From NCBI GenBank assembly GCA_965222375.1, contig CBDCTZ010000013.1, positions 224,001-288,000 of the forward strand: a stretch of DNA of 64,000 nt. The letters run 5' to 3'. A model generated the notes under the pieces. That model saw only the letters and a list, made by a program, of their open reading frames with translations, made no database searches and was not told the origin of the DNA. Both the position numbers and the translations under genes were made by a program. The stretch is from Polyangiaceae bacterium (GTDB taxonomy: Bacteria > Myxococcota_A > Polyangia > Polyangiales > Polyangiaceae). Positions 61,697-64,000 of the stretch are shown here, piece after piece. Within the stretch, counting starts at the first letter, position 1; each line of letters begins with the position of its first letter.

Positions 61697-63121
61697 CTAT
61701 TCCTCGCCTAGCTTGCGATAGATGGTGCGAGTCGAGATCCCGAGCAGTTGGGCGGCGAGGGACTTGTCTCCGTCGGTGTAGGCGAGGGTTTCGCGGATCA
61801 GGCGCTGTTCCACTTCCGAAAGGGGCGTTCCCATGGGGAACGACAGGGCCGTCGGTGACGGCGCGCTCGCCTGGGCTACGGCGTCAGGCAAGTCTTCAAC
61901 CCCGAGCACGTCCGAACGGCACAACACCGCAGCGCGCTCTACGACGTTTTCTAGTTCTCGCACGTTGCCGGGCCATGAGTACTCCATGAGCTTGCGCAGA
62001 GCGTCGCGGGAAACGTCCAAGCGGCTGCGGCCGTTCTTCTTGCAGTACACGCCCAGAAAGTGGTCCACCAGTAGTGGAATGTCCTCGCGGCGATTGCGCA
62101 ACGCCGGCGCGGTGACGGCGATGACATTGAGGCGGTAGTACAAGTCCTCGCGAAAACGCCCGGCTTCAACCTCCTGGGACAGGTCGCGATTGGTGGCTGC
62201 CACGATGCGAACGTCTGCCTTGACGGTGTTTCCGCCCACCGGCTCATACTCACCCTCTTGCAGCACTCGGAGGATCTTCACTTGGACCGCCGGGGAAAGT
62301 TCCCCGATCTCGTCCAAGAGCAGCGTTCCCCCAGCGGCCTTGGCGAACCGCCCCTCGCGCCGACCAACAGCTCCCGTGAACGCGCCTCGCTCGTGGCCGA
62401 AGAGCTCCGCCTCCAAAATGCTCTCGGGAATGGCCGCGCAATTGACCGCGACGAACGGCCCCGCGGCACGAGAGCTCTTGCTGTGAATGTAGCGAGCGAT
62501 GAGCTCTTTACCGGTCCCGCTCTCACCGAGAATCAGGACCGTGGCCGTCGAGGGCGCGGCTTGGTTCGCAACGTCCAGCACGTGACGCAGCGCCGCGCTC
62601 TGGCCAATGATTTCCCTGGCCGTGAGCAGCTTGAGTTCTTCTTTCAGGGAGCGGTTCTCCGCGAGCAGCGACTGCCGCTCCGCCGCCTTGCGCACGGTCT
62701 TCACGATGGTCATGCGCTTCAGGGGCTTTTCGACGAAGTCGTAGGCGCCTTCGCGCATTGCCTGCACCGCGGTTTCAACGGTGCCGTAGGCCGTCATCAA
62801 CACGACCTCGGTATCCGGCGAGACCTCTTTGGTCGCGCGCAGAAGCTCCACACCGTTGATACCGGGCATCATCAAGTCTGTCAGCACGACCTGCACTCGA
62901 TGCTTGCGCACGGCTTCCAACGCAGGCTTGGCGCTCTCGGCAGTGAGCACTCGCATGCCCTCACGCATGAAGATCTTGCGCAGGCTTTCGACGTTGCTGG
63001 GCTCGTCATCAACCACGAGCACGGTCACGGCGTCAGCGGGTGGTGGCACGGGAGTCACGTCCCGAACCAGGGATTGCGCCGTGGACGAATTGTCGGCGGA
63101 CCCAGACAATGTGTCATGCAT
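61697..63121 (-). CDS. sigma54-dependent response regulator (NtrC/AtoC family); true start may be further 3'
   Basis: REC (VVDDE, TDLMMP, KP), GESGTGKE, GAFTGA, WPGNVRELEN, Fis-type HTH. Confidence 0.95.
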   Translation of the reverse strand: MHDTLSGSADNSSTAQSLVRDVTPVPPPADAVTVLVVDDEPSNVESLRKIFMREGMRVLTAESAKPALEAVRKHRVQVVLTDLMMPGINGVELLRATKEVSPDTEVVLMTAYGTVETAVQAMREGAYDFVEKPLKRMTIVKTVRKAAERQSLLAENRSLKEELKLLTAREIIGQSAALRHVLDVANQAAPSTATVLILGESGTGKELIARYIHSKSSRAAGPFVAVNCAAIPESILEAELFGHERGAFTGAVGRREGRFAKAAGGTLLLDEIGELSPAVQVKILRVLQEGEYEPVGGNTVKADVRIVAATNRDLSQEVEAGRFREDLYYRLNVIAVTAPALRNRREDIPLLVDHFLGVYCKKNGRSRLDVSRDALRKLMEYSWPGNVRELENVVERAAVLCRSDVLGVEDLPDAVAQASAPSPTALSFPMGTPLSEVEQRLIRETLAYTDGDKSLAAQLLGISTRTIYRKLGEE

Positions 63122-63205
63122 TCAGCCAATATGTCGCACGATCGACAACAAGGCAAACGATCATGTATTTGCGTATAATTTCAGCTATTTGTGGTGTCGA
63201 CCGAG

Positions 63206-63634
63206 TCACATCACGAGCCAGCGTCGGAGCGTGCGCCGGAGATCCACCCGCAGTTCGACCTGAGCCAAGCGGTCGCCTGCGTCGTCCAGGAGCTCGCCAA
63301 CGAAACGGCTGAAGGAGAAGACTGGAGTGCGTAGCGCAGCATGGCGACGCAGAAGAAGGCGGAGCTTTCGACCATCATCAGCGGCGAAGCTCAATTGATA
63401 GGCCCCGGCTCCGGTCGAGAAGCGGCGCAGGTCCACCTGACCGCTTACGGGCTGCTGCGTCGCGAGACCATCAGCGAAGACACTGCCGGTCACCGAAAGC
63501 GGCTTGCCAGACAGGGCACCAAAGGGCTTCGCGGGTTTCGCATCGAGCTTCACTTCCAGGGCCAGCTCGCGGACGTCACCCTCCGGGCGATAGCTGCCGA
63601 CCAAGGTCTGTTCGAAAGGGAGACTGCGAATCAT
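63206..63634 (-). CDS. Hypothetical beta-rich protein
   Basis: ATGA-coupled to the ferredoxin gene; genome-like codon usage. Confidence 0.6.
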   Translation of the reverse strand: MIRSLPFEQTLVGSYRPEGDVRELALEVKLDAKPAKPFGALSGKPLSVTGSVFADGLATQQPVSGQVDLRRFSTGAGAYQLSFAADDGRKLRLLLRRHAALRTPVFSFSRFVGELLDDAGDRLAQVELRVDLRRTLRRWLVM

Positions 63635-63984
63635 GAGCGCGGTTTCTGCAGCTTGGGTTCGGTGAAGTCCGAATCCTTCAACAACAACCGCTGGACTCGC
63701 TGCCCCTTTTCCAAAGCGTCGACGATTTCTTCCAGATCCGACTCTTGTACATTTCCGTAAAAGTAGTTGTCGGGTTCGACCGCGATCGTCGGCCCTACCC
63801 AGCAGGTATCCAGACAGCTGGAGGTGCATGCACGCACTTCCGCCTGGCTGAGCCCTCTTTCTGTGAGCATCTCCTTCAGCTTGGCGTGCAGCTCCACGCT
63901 CCCGCGAGCGGCACAGGAACCCTTGGGCGCTCCGTCGGGCCGACGATTCGCGCACACGAATAGGTACCGCTTGCGTTTGGCCAT
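63631..63984 (-). CDS. Thioredoxin-like [2Fe-2S] ferredoxin
   Basis: FVCANRR...SC, SCLDTCWVGP and V.PD..FY. Confidence 0.88.
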   Translation of the reverse strand: MAKRKRYLFVCANRRPDGAPKGSCAARGSVELHAKLKEMLTERGLSQAEVRACTSSCLDTCWVGPTIAVEPDNYFYGNVQESDLEEIVDALEKGQRVQRLLLKDSDFTEPKLQKPRS

Positions 63985-64000
63985 TACAGAAAGTTAACCA

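Overview
GC-rich bacterial DNA that looks myxobacterial (Polyangiales-like), judged from a MYXO-CTERM tail, Cys-rich lipoproteins, a kinase-TPR giant and a delta-type T2SS. Left third: five reductive pyrimidine-catabolism genes (beta-ureidopropionase, NCS2 permease, mmsA, class III aminotransferase, hydA), all on the minus strand but dispersed. They are interleaved with an acr3-tonB-exbB-GST block, a Mo-bisPGD oxidoreductase fused to a cysteine desulfurase, surface lipoproteins and a patchwork of truncated genes. Middle: M20 peptidase, type IIA topoisomerase A subunit, ftsB, a 1774-aa kinase/TPR protein and two divergent peptide MFS transporters, one with a zinc-ribbon insertion. A variable island at 41.2-44.7 kb carries a five-AP2-domain protein, an AP2::WHH-nuclease chimera with a putative immunity gene, and a collapsed DUF559 gene. 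Right: a gspC-N T2SS operon behind a sigma54-type promoter, pap (PPK2), an NtrC-type regulator and a ferredoxin. Most unusual: a small SEC-C-motif gene (59254-59499) that needs serial +1 shifts at TTT codons and is bracketed by degenerate tRNA-like 5' and 3' halves. No rRNA, intact tRNA, CRISPR array or transposase was seen. All family calls rest on motif recognition by eye; no searches were run.
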